Of a DNA stretch of 64,000 nucleotides, positions 49,464-60,882 are shown piece after piece. Where the stretch lies: the NCBI GenBank assembly GCA_002796125.1, contig PCWA01000109.1, forward strand, positions 65,347 through 129,346, read 5' to 3'. The stretch's first letter is position 1, and each line of letters begins with the position of its first letter. The DNA comes from Candidatus Ghiorseimicrobium undicola (GTDB taxonomy: Bacteria; Omnitrophota; Gorgyraeia; Ghiorseimicrobiales; Ghiorseimicrobiaceae). The notes beneath the pieces were generated by a model that saw only the letters and a program-made list of their open reading frames with translations, was not told the DNA's origin and did no database searches. The position numbers and the translations under genes were made by a program.

Positions 49464-50645
49464 TTATTTATCACTCAAAGCCGCAATCCCCGGCAATACC
49501 TTTCCTTCCATATATTCAAGTGAAGCGCCTCCGCCTGTTGAAATATGCGTCATTTTATCCTCCAGGCCGAATTTCGCTATCATTGCCGCGGTATCGCCTC
49601 CGCCGATTATCTTTATGGCGGATAAATTACCAAGAAAAGATGCTACCTTTCGCGAGCCGTTACTAAAGGCATCCACCTCAAAAATACCCAAAGGCCCGTT
49701 CCAGGCGATAGTCGCGGCATTCCTTAACGCCTCACAAAATTTATCCACTGTCTTTGGCCCTATATCCACGCCGATTAAACCATCGGCTATGTTCTCACCT
49801 ACGGCATCAACCTTGCCCGTACCATCAATCTTATCGCTGACTACATTATCTACCGGCAGTAAAATCTTAATATTTTTTTCTTTCGCCTTATCCAGTAAAC
49901 TCTTTGCCAAATCCAGCCTTTCCGGCTCAAGCTTTGAATTGCCTATCGCTTTACCCTGCGCCTTCAAAAACGTATAACACATTCCTCCGCCTATAATTAT
50001 CTCATCGGCTTTATTCAGCATGTTTTCAATCAGAAGGATTTTATCGGAAACCTTAGCCCCTCCCAGAATTAAGACAAACGGCTTCTTGGGATTATTTAAC
50101 GCCCCGCCTAAATATTCTATCTCCTTTGTCAGTAAAAATCCTGCGGCAGATTTCAAATAATTGGTAACACCTTCGGTAGATGCGTGCGCGCGGTGGGCAG
50201 TACCAAAGGCATCATTTATGAATAACTCTCCTAACGATGCCAGTTTTTTCGCAAATTCGGCATCATTCTTTTCTTCTTCTTTATAGAATCTTAAATTTTC
50301 CAATAAAACTACTCTTTCTGATGCTTCCTCTATATCTTTCTTAACGAGCTCACCTATGCAGTCGTCTAATTTCTTAACCGGCTCACCTAACAAAACCGCC
50401 AATTTTAAAGCAACCGGCGTGAGCCGGTACTCATCAACAACTTTTCCTTTAGGCCTTCCCAAATGACTCATCAAGATTACCTTTGAAGCGCCTTTATCTA
50501 AACAGTATTTTATTGTGGGCAAAGCCGCTTTAATCCTTACGTCATCGGTAATTTTAAAATCTTTATCCTGAGGCACGTTAAAATCAACCCTAATTAAAAC
50601 CTTCTTATTTTTTACATCAATATCTTTAATCGTAAGCTTATTCAT
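49464..50645 (-). CDS. pgk: Phosphoglycerate kinase
   Basis: RVDFNVP, SHLGRP, LLENLRF, DAFGTAHRAH, STGGGASLE. Confidence 0.99.
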   Translation of the reverse strand: MNKLTIKDIDVKNKKVLIRVDFNVPQDKDFKITDDVRIKAALPTIKYCLDKGASKVILMSHLGRPKGKVVDEYRLTPVALKLAVLLGEPVKKLDDCIGELVKKDIEEASERVVLLENLRFYKEEEKNDAEFAKKLASLGELFINDAFGTAHRAHASTEGVTNYLKSAAGFLLTKEIEYLGGALNNPKKPFVLILGGAKVSDKILLIENMLNKADEIIIGGGMCYTFLKAQGKAIGNSKLEPERLDLAKSLLDKAKEKNIKILLPVDNVVSDKIDGTGKVDAVGENIADGLIGVDIGPKTVDKFCEALRNAATIAWNGPLGIFEVDAFSNGSRKVASFLGNLSAIKIIGGGDTAAMIAKFGLEDKMTHISTGGGASLEYMEGKVLPGIAALSDK

Positions 50646-50663
50646 AATTTTAATCCTTCTAGG

Positions 50664-51737
50664 TCAAATATTCGCTTTTTCTACAAAGAGTGTCTGCGTA
50701 GGATAAGCAAACTCTATGCTTTCTTTTTCAAACGCTTCTTTTATAGCAAAATTGATTTCCTGCTGTATATCCATATATTTATTATAATCACTGCTCAAAA
50801 CAAAATAGACTATTTCTATAACAAGGTTAAAATCGCCGTATTCCTTAAAGTGGGCCCGGTCAAAAACCGTATCCTTGACGTTGGCAACAATATCCTTGAT
50901 GATACCCGGTATTTTTTTAAGCTGCTGCAGGCTTGTCTGGTAAGTAACCCCTAGAAGAAAGAGAACCCTGCGCTTTTCCATTCTTTTATAATTACGTATC
51001 CGGCTTGAGGCAAGGTCAGAATTTGAAAAAACCAGCTGCTCGCCTCCCAGGCTTCTTACGCGCGTGGTCTTTATACCGATATTCTCTATGACCCCCATAA
51101 ATTCACCGGTGATAATAAAATCCCCCTCCTCAAAAGGTTTATCAAAAAAAATGACAAAATAATTAAAAAGATCCCCTAGTATCGTCTGGGCCGCCAATGC
51201 CACGGCAACACCGCCTATGCCAAGGCCGGCGATTACGGCGGCAATATTAAAACCCAGATTGTCCAGTATGAAAACAAGGGCCGCCCCCCAAAAAACCAGC
51301 CTAACGATATTAAAAAGCGTTACTGATTTTCCTGCTCCGGAAGCCGTTGCAAACTGATCTTTAAGCCATGTATTTTTTAAGAAAAATATTACGATGGCGG
51401 AGGCAAGGCGGGCAATAACAGAGGCCATTACTATAATAAATAGCGAAGATAAAAAATGCTTAAGGGCATCAGCCATAGAAAGCTGACTGATGGAAAAATA
51501 AAACGCGCCAAAATATAAAAGCGGCATTATTATTTTTTCGCATAAGCCTAAAATAAAATCATCCAGGCTATTTTTAGTCTTTTCGGTAATTTTTTTGATT
51601 TTGGCAATTACGATATTTTTTATAATATGCAAAACGATTACCGAAACAATAAAAGTAGCCAGGAATATTAAATAGGCCAATACGCTGTTGCCTAAAAACT
51701 GGTAATCCAATATTGATTTTAAAGCCGAAATATCCAT
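50664..51737 (-). CDS. Small-conductance mechanosensitive channel (MscS family)
   Basis: AGLGIGGVAVALAAQ, DKPFEEGD, IEFAYPTQ. Confidence 0.93.
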   Translation of the reverse strand: MDISALKSILDYQFLGNSVLAYLIFLATFIVSVIVLHIIKNIVIAKIKKITEKTKNSLDDFILGLCEKIIMPLLYFGAFYFSISQLSMADALKHFLSSLFIIVMASVIARLASAIVIFFLKNTWLKDQFATASGAGKSVTLFNIVRLVFWGAALVFILDNLGFNIAAVIAGLGIGGVAVALAAQTILGDLFNYFVIFFDKPFEEGDFIITGEFMGVIENIGIKTTRVRSLGGEQLVFSNSDLASSRIRNYKRMEKRRVLFLLGVTYQTSLQQLKKIPGIIKDIVANVKDTVFDRAHFKEYGDFNLVIEIVYFVLSSDYNKYMDIQQEINFAIKEAFEKESIEFAYPTQTLFVEKANI

Positions 51738-51765
51738 TTCCTTAATTCCGCCTTGCCGCAATCTT

Positions 51766-52716
51766 CTATTTCTCCGGCGACAGGCCCCTTAAATATTTAT
51801 AGTAATCACTATTAGTAGTCAGAATAACAGTACTCTTATCGTCTATCGTATCTTCGTAAGTCTTCAGCGTTTTTGTAAAAGAGTATAATTCCGGGTCCTT
51901 GCTGTAGGCATCGGCATAGATTTTTATTACCTGCGCGTCTGCTTCGCCGCGCAGTACCTCGGCCTTACGATATGCCTCGGAGGTAATCTGCTTTAACTCT
52001 TTTCCTAACTGGCCTTCTATTTCAGCCGATTTCCCATTGCCTTCTGAACGGTATTGTTCAGCCGCGCGCTTGCGCTCTGCAATCATGCGCTCATAAACTT
52101 TACGGCGCACATCATCAACATAATTTACACGTTTAATACGCACGTCCACCAACTCTATCCCGTATTGCGGAGCCAGCTGCCTGGCTTTTTCCAGGATAAA
52201 TTTTTCCAACTCCTCCCTGCCTACATCTATGCGTTCCAGAGCTTCATCTGCCACAGAAAGATCTTTCTCTAGCTGCTCCAATTCCAAGACACGGTTTGTA
52301 TTCCTTACCGCATCCACCAATAAATGCGCGGTTATGGTATCGCGTGTTGCCGAATTGATAATGTCATCAAGCCGGGCGTGAGCGCCTATTTCATTACCCA
52401 CAGACTGTAGGAACTTCAAAGGGTCTGATATATTCCAGCGCGCGTATGTATCAACCCAAATATATTTTTTATCCCGGGTAGGTATCTGGTTAGGGTCGCC
52501 GTCCCATTCAAGAAGCCTTTTTTCAAAATAATTCGCCTGTTGAATAAAAGGAATTTTGAAATAAAGGCCGGCATTAGATATGGGGCTGCCTACCGGCTCG
52601 CCAAACTGCGTGATTACAACCTGTTTCGTCTCATCCACAACATAAACAACTCCGCTAAATAGAACAAGCAGGATAAAAACCAGTGACACAAGTAATACTG
52701 CTGAAAAAAACTTCAT
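51766..52716 (-). CDS. hflC: Protease modulator HflC (SPFH)
   Basis: VITQFG, GLYFKIPF, VYERMIAER, YSKDPE. Confidence 0.93.
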   Translation of the reverse strand: MKFFSAVLLVSLVFILLVLFSGVVYVVDETKQVVITQFGEPVGSPISNAGLYFKIPFIQQANYFEKRLLEWDGDPNQIPTRDKKYIWVDTYARWNISDPLKFLQSVGNEIGAHARLDDIINSATRDTITAHLLVDAVRNTNRVLELEQLEKDLSVADEALERIDVGREELEKFILEKARQLAPQYGIELVDVRIKRVNYVDDVRRKVYERMIAERKRAAEQYRSEGNGKSAEIEGQLGKELKQITSEAYRKAEVLRGEADAQVIKIYADAYSKDPELYSFTKTLKTYEDTIDDKSTVILTTNSDYYKYLRGLSPEK

Positions 52717-52724
52717 GCTACCCC

Positions 52725-53708
52725 CTAATCTGTTTTGGAATCTAATTTTAATAAAGGCAATATGGAAGATTGGCTAGGATCAATTATATATTTATTCTTT
52801 GCCTTAGGCAAAACCTCCATCATGGTTTCCAAATAAAGGCGATTTTTTGTCACCTCAGGCGCTTTTTTATATTCGGCAAGCATCGCCAAAAATCTATCCG
52901 CTTCGCCTTTTGCCCTATTTACCTTATCCAAAGCGTATCCCTCCGCCTCTCTTATAGTTTTTTCCGCCTCACCCTTTGCCTTTGGTATTATTTTATTATA
53001 GTTTTCCCACGCCTGGTTAATCATACGCTCTTTTTCCTGCTTGGCCTCATTTACTTCATTAAAAGCCGGTTGCACGGGTTCAGGAGGATTCACGTCTAAA
53101 AGTTTAACAGTCACAACCCTTATGCCTGTTTCATATTTATTAAGTATCTTCTGCATCTCTACCTGGGCCAGGTCGCTGATTTCCTCTCTTGAGGTGGTTA
53201 GGGCCTCATCTACAAGATAATTACCCACCAGCCTGCGCATTATGACTTCGGAAACATCACGCACATTATCTATAGGATCCCTGGTGTTAAAAAGAACTTT
53301 TACCGGATCATTTACCCGAAACTGCACGATCCAACGTACGTCAAGAGTATTTAAATCGCCGGTAAGCATCAGTGATTCATCCAAATATTTCTGAGAAGAA
53401 TATTCGGTTTGTATTCCCGGCCTAAGCGTACGAAAACCAAATTCTTCCTTAAATACGCGCTCTTTTTTAACCGGCGTTACTTTATCTATGCCTAAAGGCA
53501 ATTTAAAATGTAATCCGGGATTGGTTGTAGTAATATACTTACCAAAACGCTGCGCAACTCCAACCTCTTCGGTCTTTATTGAATATATCGAACCGGAGAT
53601 AAGAATGATAACGAAAAGTATAAGAATAATCCAAGGGGCATAATTTGAATAACGCTTAAATTCATTCTTACCCACATTGATAATGTCTTCCGGAGAAAAA
53701 TCCTGCAT
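52725..53708 (-). CDS. hflK: Protease modulator HflK (SPFH)
   Basis: PGLHFKLP, MLTGD, AKGEADRF, RLYLETM. Confidence 0.93.
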   Translation of the reverse strand: MQDFSPEDIINVGKNEFKRYSNYAPWIILILFVIILISGSIYSIKTEEVGVAQRFGKYITTTNPGLHFKLPLGIDKVTPVKKERVFKEEFGFRTLRPGIQTEYSSQKYLDESLMLTGDLNTLDVRWIVQFRVNDPVKVLFNTRDPIDNVRDVSEVIMRRLVGNYLVDEALTTSREEISDLAQVEMQKILNKYETGIRVVTVKLLDVNPPEPVQPAFNEVNEAKQEKERMINQAWENYNKIIPKAKGEAEKTIREAEGYALDKVNRAKGEADRFLAMLAEYKKAPEVTKNRLYLETMMEVLPKAKNKYIIDPSQSSILPLLKLDSKTD

Positions 53709-53723
53709 AACCACCCCCTTAAA

Positions 53724-54194
53724 TTACCTGTTTTTCTGATTCGGCTCGTATTCTTTATGATATGGCTCTTTGCGTATATGACGCACCGGTTTTACGCCTC
53801 TATACCTGTTCTCTATTGAAATTAGTTCCAGCTCTTCTTCCTCGTCCTCTCTTGCCTCAATTATTACCTGGACCGTATTATTCCTATCCTGCAAGAATTC
53901 AATAATTTTCTTATTGCTGTCATCGCTGAATCTGTATAATTCTCCTTCAGCGGTATATATAGAATAACCGGCCTCAACGCTCAAAGGAATTACCGCCTGA
54001 GCCTTAGGATACCTTGGCGCAAAAGTACTTAATTCATCCAAATATTTTTCCGCGCTTTTGTTGTCAATGATCGTACCGGCAAACTCAAGCGCTTCTTCTT
54101 TGGGGGCCTCTTTCGCATCCTGCGCGCAGGCAAAAACAGAGAATAAAAAGAGTAAGACCAAAATAATGCTGCTTAACGATATTTTTTTTATCAT
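53724..54194 (-). CDS. Hypothetical exported protein
   Basis: 156-aa ORF with a signal peptide (..VFACA-Q), upstream promoter and operon position. Confidence 0.6.
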   Translation of the reverse strand: MIKKISLSSIILVLLFLFSVFACAQDAKEAPKEEALEFAGTIIDNKSAEKYLDELSTFAPRYPKAQAVIPLSVEAGYSIYTAEGELYRFSDDSNKKIIEFLQDRNNTVQVIIEAREDEEEELELISIENRYRGVKPVRHIRKEPYHKEYEPNQKNR

Positions 54195-54268
54195 AATAAT
54201 ATCTAAACCTATTGATTTTCTAAGGCAGAATTAGACTATTGCGGATAACCAAGACGTTAATAGTGTGT

Positions 54269-54349
54269 ATATTAACACAAAGAAATTACAAAGTCAAATC
54301 ATTGTGCGGGCTAAATTGCCTTGACGAATAGTAGGCGCAAGTATAAAAT
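54269..54349. promoter_or_regulatory. Divergent sigma70-type promoter pair
   Basis: Minus: TTGACT-17-TAATAT (54297-54269); plus: TTGACG-17-TAAAAT (54321-54349). Confidence 0.6.
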
Positions 54350-54386
54350 GTAAGCGGAATTTGCTGCAAGGACAAAAGGAGGAAAA

Positions 54387-55013
54387 ATGAACTGCCCAAG
54401 ATGCGCTAAAGATACTGCAAGCCAACGCTGTAGCTGCGGATGGGACTTCGGGACAAATTCATGGCAAGAAACATACATAGGCGAAAAAGACAGGGAATCG
54501 CTGGCAAAAATGGCGATTACGCGCATTAACGATACTGCCCAATGCACAGGCTGTAAAAAGAATATACCTTTTTTCTTTTCGCAATGCCCTTTCTGCAATG
54601 CTCAGCTGCCGGACAAAAACACACAGATAAATAAACTTATCGGCGATATAGTCCAATATAGATATATACAAGGGATGGAACCTAATAATGTTATGAAAAT
54701 CATGACTAAAAGCGGCTGTGAAAAACAAACGGCGAAAGAGCTCTACGAAAAAGTTGAGCACGCGATGTCGCAGGTGCAAAGCGCGGTTATCAGGACCCCC
54801 GAAGGAAGAGCCGAGGCCCGCCGGGATGCCCTAAAAGAAATCCGTAAATCTCTCATCTGGATAGCGGCGGGCGCTATCATAACCGTTATAACACTAAGCA
54901 AAAATTCGCCTGTTTCAGTTATATGGTACGGCCCGATACTCTATGGAATCGGAAAATTAATAAAAAATATGTTTATTCTGATACACCTTAAAAAAATAAG
55001 CGTAGATACATAA
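54387..55013 (+). CDS. Hypothetical membrane protein with two N-terminal zinc ribbons
   Basis: CPRC..CSCG and CTGC..CPFC; two C-terminal hydrophobic segments; GGAGG SD. Confidence 0.7.
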   Translation: MNCPRCAKDTASQRCSCGWDFGTNSWQETYIGEKDRESLAKMAITRINDTAQCTGCKKNIPFFFSQCPFCNAQLPDKNTQINKLIGDIVQYRYIQGMEPNNVMKIMTKSGCEKQTAKELYEKVEHAMSQVQSAVIRTPEGRAEARRDALKEIRKSLIWIAAGAIITVITLSKNSPVSVIWYGPILYGIGKLIKNMFILIHLKKISVDT

Positions 55014-55029
55014 CAAAATAAATCTTGAG

Positions 55030-55722
55030 ATGCCCAATGCCGTCCGTGAAATATTCAAGGAAATCCCGCGTACTTACGAACTAATCAACCATATACTCAC
55101 TTTCGGCATGGATATTTTCTGGCGCAGGAGGACAGCTAAAGCCGCGGCCGTGGTTTCAGGAAAAAACAAAATAGATTTATGTAGCGGGACGGGTGAAACG
55201 GCCTCCTATCTCAAAAATTATTCCAAAAACGGCTCCCAAATCTATGCCGTGGACTTTTGCCTGCCAATGCTTAAAGAAGCCGCTAAAAAACCACAATGCC
55301 GGAATATTAAGTTTACCGCCGGCGAGATCAAAAAACTCCCCTTCGCCGATAACTCTTTTGATGCCGCCACTATTTCTTTTGCCACGCGCAATATCAATAC
55401 CAGCCGCGCTTCATTAATAGCCGGTTTTAAGGAAATCCACCGTATTCTAAAACCGGGCGGGCATTTCTTCAATCTTGAGACCAGCCAGCCTTCATCTCTT
55501 ATTTTGAGAAAATTATTTCATTTTTACATAAAACTTTTAGTCGCGTCCGTGGGCGGAGCAATCTCAGGCTCAGCGCGCGCCTACAAATACCTGTCAACAA
55601 CAATACCGCTATTTTATTCTGCCGGGGAATTAGCCGATATCCTACGCGAGGCAGAATTTAAAGAAGTGAGATTTAAAAAGATATTCTTCGGCATTGCCGC
55701 GATACATCATTGCCTAAAATAA
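55030..55722 (+). CDS. UbiE/MenG-family SAM-dependent methyltransferase
   Basis: YELINHILTFGMD..WRR, DLCSGTG, LPFADNSFD, RILKPGG. Confidence 0.87.
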   Translation: MPNAVREIFKEIPRTYELINHILTFGMDIFWRRRTAKAAAVVSGKNKIDLCSGTGETASYLKNYSKNGSQIYAVDFCLPMLKEAAKKPQCRNIKFTAGEIKKLPFADNSFDAATISFATRNINTSRASLIAGFKEIHRILKPGGHFFNLETSQPSSLILRKLFHFYIKLLVASVGGAISGSARAYKYLSTTIPLFYSAGELADILREAEFKEVRFKKIFFGIAAIHHCLK

Positions 55723-55740
55723 AACGGATTGGATTAAGGA

Positions 55741-58700
55741 TTAGGCGTTGAAAGATAAATATTCCTGGATGGGTTTTACTTCAAAATCGCTCTTTTGGAT
55801 GGATTCAATGCCGTTGACCGCCGCCTGCGCACCCTGAAGGGTCGTAATGCAGGGTATGCCGTGCATAACCGCAAGGCTGCGTATAGGTTTCATATCAGAC
55901 TGCCCCTTCTTCCCTGAAGGGGTATTGATAATAAGCTTTATCTTTCCTTTTTTAATAAGCTCCAAAACTTTCGTATCGCCTTCGGCAATCTTACCAACCA
56001 TTTCCGCCTGTATTCCATTTGATTTAAACGCCTTATGCGTACCGCCCGTGGCGAGTATTTTAAAGCCCATATCAGAAAGCCGCTTGGCGATAAAAACTAT
56101 ATGGCGCTTATCGTCATTTTTAACGCTTATAAATATTGTGCCTTTTTTAGGAAGCCCGCCTCCGGCTGAAAGCTGAGATTTATAAAATGCCTTTCCAAAA
56201 GTATCGTCTATGCCCATAACCTCTCCGGTAGATTTCATTTCAGGGCCCAGGAGTATATCTACTCCGGAAAACCGGGAAAAAGGAAACACTGATTCTTTAA
56301 CTGCCACATGATTTATCTGCTTTTCTTTGGTCACGCCAAGCTCTTTTAAAGATTTGCCAACCATAACCTTTGCCGCTATCTTAGCCAGAGGCACGCCTGT
56401 CGCCTTGCTAACAAAAGGCACTGTGCGTGAGGCGCGCGGGTTAACCTCCAAAACATAAACCATATCCTCTTTTATGGCAAATTGGATATTCATCAGGCCT
56501 CTAACGTTTAATTCACCGGATAAAGAAATCGCGCATTCTCTTATTTTATCGATTATCTCATCGCTTAACGTGTGCGGCGGCAATACGCAGGCGGAATCTC
56601 CTGAATGAACTCCCGCCTCTTCCACGTGCTCCATTATCCCGCCTATGACGGCAACCCGGCCGTCCGCAAGGACATCAACATCCACCTCTACCGCGTCTTC
56701 CAAAAATTTATCTATCAATACGGGATGCTCTTCGGATACATCCTTGGCCTCTTTCATGAATTCCATAAGCGATGTTTTATCATAGACAATGCGCATCGCC
56801 CTGCCGCCTAATACAAATGAAGGCCTGACCAGCACAGGATAGCCAATATGAGAAGCAACATCAGCCGCTTCTTCCTTGGAATTGACACACCCGCCCGGAG
56901 CCTGATTAACTCCAAGCTTATTAATTAATTTATTAAACTCTTCCCTGTTTTCCGCGCGCGCGATGGACTCAATGCTCGTGCCGATTATGGGCGCGCCTAA
57001 ATCATTGAGTTTTTTCGCCAGGTTCAACGGCGTCTGGCCTCCGAATTGAACTATGACCCCATCCGGTTTCTCCTTATCGATAATGTTCATAACGTCTTCT
57101 AAAGTCAAAGGCTCAAAATACAACTTATCAGATGTATCATAATCCGTGGATACGGTTTCAGGATTTGAATTCACCATTATTGTTTCATAACCTAATTCTT
57201 TCAAAGCAAAAGAGGCATGACAACAGCAATAATCAAACTCAATCCCCTGGCCTATGCGGTTTGGGCCTCCGCCTAATATCATTATTTTCTTTTTACTGGA
57301 TACGCGCGCCTCGCATTCTGATTCATAGGTAGAATAATAATACGGAGTATAGGCCTCGAATTCGGCGGCACAGGTATCTACCAGTTTAAAAACAGCTTCT
57401 AGATTAAGCTTTTTCCTGTAATTACGCACCTCTATTTCATTGGAATTTGTTAAATCGGCAATTTGCCGGTCGGAAAAACCGTATTGTTTTATTCTTAATA
57501 AAGCATCTCTGTTTAATTCGTTTAATTTTAAGCCGGCAAATTCTTTTTCCAGCCGCACAATCTGGCTGATATTTTCTATAAACCAGGGATCTATGGCCGT
57601 AAGATTTACTATGTCGGAAACAGAATACCCTTTTTGTAAGGCGTACTTAATATAAAAGACGCGCGAGGCATTTGGCTCTTTAAGCCGGTGCTTTATTTTT
57701 TCATCAGATATCTCCCTAAAATCGGATTTATTATCCAGCCCGAAATGACCGATTTCCAAGCCGCGCAGGCCTTTTTGCAACGCCTCCTTAAACGTGCGGC
57801 CTATTGCCATCGTCTCGCCAACCGATTTCATGGAAACACCGAGAATATCTTCGGCTTCGGGGAATTTTTCAAAGGTAAAACGGGGAATTTTTACCACGCA
57901 ATAATCAATAGATGGCTCAAATGAAGCGGGTGTTTCGCGGGTTATATCATTTCTTATTTCATCAAGAGTATAACCGACAGCCAGTTTTGCGGCAAATTTG
58001 GCAATGGGAAAACCGGTGGCCTTGGACGCCAGAGCGGAACTGCGCGATACCCGGGGATTCATCTCAATAACCACCATCCTGCCTGTCTTGGGGTCAACGG
58101 CAAACTGTATATTGGAACCTCCGGTTTCAACACCGATTTCTCTTATTATGGCAATGGATGCATCACGCATCTTTTGATACTCAGCGTCGCTCAAGGTCTG
58201 CTGGGGGGCAACGGTAATAGAATCTCCGGTATGTATGCCCATAGGGTCGAAGTTTTCAATAGAGCAGACAATAACTACATTATCTTTTTTATCGCGCATT
58301 ACCTCAAGCTCATATTCCTTCCAGCCCATTACAGATTCTTCAATCAATATTTCTGAAATCATGCTGCTTTTCAGGCCTAAATCGGCAATACGCTCAAATT
58401 CTTCCTTTGTATTGGCGATTCCGCCGCCTGTACCGCCCAATGTAAAACTGGGGCGTATGATTAAGGGAAGGCCGAGTTTTTTAAGAGCATCCTTTGCCTC
58501 TTTCATATTGTAGGCAAGGGCGCTCTTTGGCACATCCAGGCCGATTTTTAGCATTGCCTTTTTAAAATGCTCCCTGTCTTCGGCTTTTTTTATCGTATTG
58601 TAATCCGCGCCGATCATTTGCACGCCATATTTTTTAAATATGCCTGCCTCTATTGCTTTCATGGCGGTATTCAAACCGGTCTGTCCGCCGAGAGTAGGCA

Positions 58701-58959
58701 AAACAGCATCAGGGCGTTCTTTTATAATAATCTTTTCCAAGACTTCCGGAGTTATCGGCTCAATATAGGTGGCATCAGCTATCTCAGGATCGGTCATAAT
58801 AGTCGCGGGATTGGAATTGACAAGGATAACTTTAAAGCCTTCCTCCTTGAGCGCCTTACAGGCCTGGGTGCCCGAATAATCAAATTCACAGGCCTGGCCG
58901 ATGATAATCGGGCCTGAGCCGATGATTAGGATTTTATGTATATCCGTGCGTTTAGGCAT
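55741..58959 (-). CDS. carB: Carbamoyl-phosphate synthase large subunit
   Basis: [35 protein letters not shown], duplicated ATP-grasp. Confidence 0.99.
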   Translation of the reverse strand: MPKRTDIHKILIIGSGPIIIGQACEFDYSGTQACKALKEEGFKVILVNSNPATIMTDPEIADATYIEPITPEVLEKIIIKERPDAVLPTLGGQTGLNTAMKAIEAGIFKKYGVQMIGADYNTIKKAEDREHFKKAMLKIGLDVPKSALAYNMKEAKDALKKLGLPLIIRPSFTLGGTGGGIANTKEEFERIADLGLKSSMISEILIEESVMGWKEYELEVMRDKKDNVVIVCSIENFDPMGIHTGDSITVAPQQTLSDAEYQKMRDASIAIIREIGVETGGSNIQFAVDPKTGRMVVIEMNPRVSRSSALASKATGFPIAKFAAKLAVGYTLDEIRNDITRETPASFEPSIDYCVVKIPRFTFEKFPEAEDILGVSMKSVGETMAIGRTFKEALQKGLRGLEIGHFGLDNKSDFREISDEKIKHRLKEPNASRVFYIKYALQKGYSVSDIVNLTAIDPWFIENISQIVRLEKEFAGLKLNELNRDALLRIKQYGFSDRQIADLTNSNEIEVRNYRKKLNLEAVFKLVDTCAAEFEAYTPYYYSTYESECEARVSSKKKIMILGGGPNRIGQGIEFDYCCCHASFALKELGYETIMVNSNPETVSTDYDTSDKLYFEPLTLEDVMNIIDKEKPDGVIVQFGGQTPLNLAKKLNDLGAPIIGTSIESIARAENREEFNKLINKLGVNQAPGGCVNSKEEAADVASHIGYPVLVRPSFVLGGRAMRIVYDKTSLMEFMKEAKDVSEEHPVLIDKFLEDAVEVDVDVLADGRVAVIGGIMEHVEEAGVHSGDSACVLPPHTLSDEIIDKIRECAISLSGELNVRGLMNIQFAIKEDMVYVLEVNPRASRTVPFVSKATGVPLAKIAAKVMVGKSLKELGVTKEKQINHVAVKESVFPFSRFSGVDILLGPEMKSTGEVMGIDDTFGKAFYKSQLSAGGGLPKKGTIFISVKNDDKRHIVFIAKRLSDMGFKILATGGTHKAFKSNGIQAEMVGKIAEGDTKVLELIKKGKIKLIINTPSGKKGQSDMKPIRSLAVMHGIPCITTLQGAQAAVNGIESIQKSDFEVKPIQEYLSFNA

Positions 58960-59005
58960 TTTAATAATTAAAAGTTAAAAAATGAAAAATTTATTTTTTT
59001 AGCGA

Positions 59006-59626
59006 TTACTGCCCCCGCAGGCTTTTCTTTAGCCGCCTGCCCATATCAACTAAAAGTCTTATATCAGCCTCTGTTTCCATAGTAAAAGCAGGTATAAAAT
59101 AAATAATTGCGGCATCCTCATAAATAAGACACTGCAGAAGATGAGGAAGGCTGGCGTTTATTAACTGCGGTAAAATACTTAAAATTTTATCTTCTTGGGG
59201 AATTCCTGAACGGTAGCGGACTTTGATCCCTCCATCCTTTTCTATGTGAAATAACATTTTCACATCAGGCAACCCTTCAAATATCACTGCCGAACGTTGA
59301 GTTGTTGTTGCGGCACGGCTACTATAGGAAGTTTTTGCTGTTTCAACGACATTGCAAAGAATAACTTCTCCATCGGTAAAAATATTCCTATATCCGCCAA
59401 AAGATAATCTTCCCGGCCCAGCCGGAATAAAATTAATATCTTTGAGTAACTTCTCTAGATTTACCCTTCCGGAAACCCCCGGGCTTAATCCATATGTCTG
59501 CGCGACGGACAAAACCGACAACTCCATCTTTTTATTGCCGCGTACAATTGCGATAAAAATAGCTGCGATCAGCGCAAACAACAAGCCAGAAAAAACAAGA
59601 AACGGCACCATTGGAAATTTTTCCAT
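59006..59626 (-). CDS. Hypothetical membrane-anchored protein inserted between carA and carB
   Basis: 206-aa ORF with an N-terminal TM helix, co-oriented with carAB. Confidence 0.6.
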   Translation of the reverse strand: MEKFPMVPFLVFSGLLFALIAAIFIAIVRGNKKMELSVLSVAQTYGLSPGVSGRVNLEKLLKDINFIPAGPGRLSFGGYRNIFTDGEVILCNVVETAKTSYSSRAATTTQRSAVIFEGLPDVKMLFHIEKDGGIKVRYRSGIPQEDKILSILPQLINASLPHLLQCLIYEDAAIIYFIPAFTMETEADIRLLVDMGRRLKKSLRGQ

Positions 59627-59636
59627 TATATTGTTC

Positions 59637-60737
59637 CTATCGCTTATAATTTTTCACCAAATCTATAAACTCATCGAAAAGGTACTGCGCGTCATGCGGG
59701 CCGGGGCCGTATTCCGGATGAAACTGCACCGAGAATAGAGGATATTTCTTATGGCGTATACCTTCCAAAGTATTATCATTCAAATTTATATGGGTTATTT
59801 CAATATCATTTTTTTTAAGCGTATCTATATCAACGCAAAAGCCGTGATTCTGGACGGTAATTGATATCCTGCCTGTCCTTAAATCCTTTACCGGATGATT
59901 CCCCCCGTGGTGGCCGAATTTCAACTTATAGGTTTTGCCTCCGAGGGCAAGGCCAAGCATCTGATTGCCCAGGCATATGCCGAATATGGGGATTTTTCCG
60001 ATAAGTTTTTTCAAGCTGCTTACCACATAGGTAACGGCGGCGGGATCTCCCGGCCCGTTTGATAAAAGCAGGCCGTGCGGCTTAAGCTTTAATATTTCAT
60101 CTGCCGAAGCATCAGCCGGCAAAACTACCACCTTGCAATTTCTCTCTTCCAATCTTCGCAATATATTAAATTTTACCCCACAGTCTAAAACCGCGACCTT
60201 ATATCTGCCCTTCGCGTTCCACTCAAATGGCTTATCATATATGACTTCCTTAACCAAATCTACTCCATCAAGGCCGCGCGATGCTTTAGCCTTTTTAACC
60301 AAGCTTTTTATATCCAAATCTTCGGTTGAAATAACCGCCTTCATCGCGCCCTTAAGCCTTATATGTTTGGTGAGCGCCCTCGTATCAATTCCCTCAATTC
60401 CCAAAATATTGTTTTCGCCTAAATAATCACTAAGTGTTTTTTGAGAACGCCAGTTGCTGGCAATGGGGCTATTTTCTTTAACGATAAATCCGGATAAGAA
60501 TATCTTTCGCGATTCCACATCATCAATATTTATACCGTAATTACCTATCAAGGGATAAGTCATGCAAACAATCTGGCCGCAATATGAAGGATCAGTCAAA
60601 ATCTCCTGGTATCCTGATAGGGAAGTATTAAAAACAACCTCGCCAAAAGACTCACCATCAGCCCCAAAAGAAAAGCCCTCAAAGACACGGCCGTCCTCAA
60701 GGGCTAATATTGCTTTTTTATGATTAATATTCGGCAT
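59637..60737 (-). CDS. carA: Carbamoyl-phosphate synthase small subunit
   Basis: GEVVFNT..GYQEILTDPSY, SNGPGDP, GICLG, QFHPE. Confidence 0.98.
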   Translation of the reverse strand: MPNINHKKAILALEDGRVFEGFSFGADGESFGEVVFNTSLSGYQEILTDPSYCGQIVCMTYPLIGNYGINIDDVESRKIFLSGFIVKENSPIASNWRSQKTLSDYLGENNILGIEGIDTRALTKHIRLKGAMKAVISTEDLDIKSLVKKAKASRGLDGVDLVKEVIYDKPFEWNAKGRYKVAVLDCGVKFNILRRLEERNCKVVVLPADASADEILKLKPHGLLLSNGPGDPAAVTYVVSSLKKLIGKIPIFGICLGNQMLGLALGGKTYKLKFGHHGGNHPVKDLRTGRISITVQNHGFCVDIDTLKKNDIEITHINLNDNTLEGIRHKKYPLFSVQFHPEYGPGPHDAQYLFDEFIDLVKNYKR

Positions 60738-60747
60738 TTTCACTTAG

Positions 60748-60784
60748 AAAAAAGGCGTTCCCCTTGTTTTTCTGGCAGAACGCC
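60748..60784 (-). terminator. Intrinsic-terminator-like hairpin in the carA leader (possible attenuator)
   Basis: GGCGTTC-17 nt-GAACGCC-TTTTTT ending 10 nt before the carA ATG. Confidence 0.55.
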
Positions 60785-60834
60785 ATGCTTAAGAACCAAA
60801 AATTATCCTGCACACACCGCATAAATTGACATTA

Positions 60835-60863
60835 ATTATCCAACATTTTCACCGAATAGTCAA
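60835..60863 (-). promoter_or_regulatory. Putative carA promoter
   Basis: TTGACT-17 bp-GATAAT. Confidence 0.6.
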
Positions 60864-60882
60864 GGATTATATTTGCTTAATG

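Noticed and set aside
50645-50664. Absence of gap upstream of pgk-tpiA-secG
   Set aside because: Relocation of gap is common and there is no scar in the sequence.
58960-59003. Possible heptamer array upstream of carB (aaaagtt aaaaaatg aaaaatt)
   Set aside because: Too short and too A-rich to distinguish from background.
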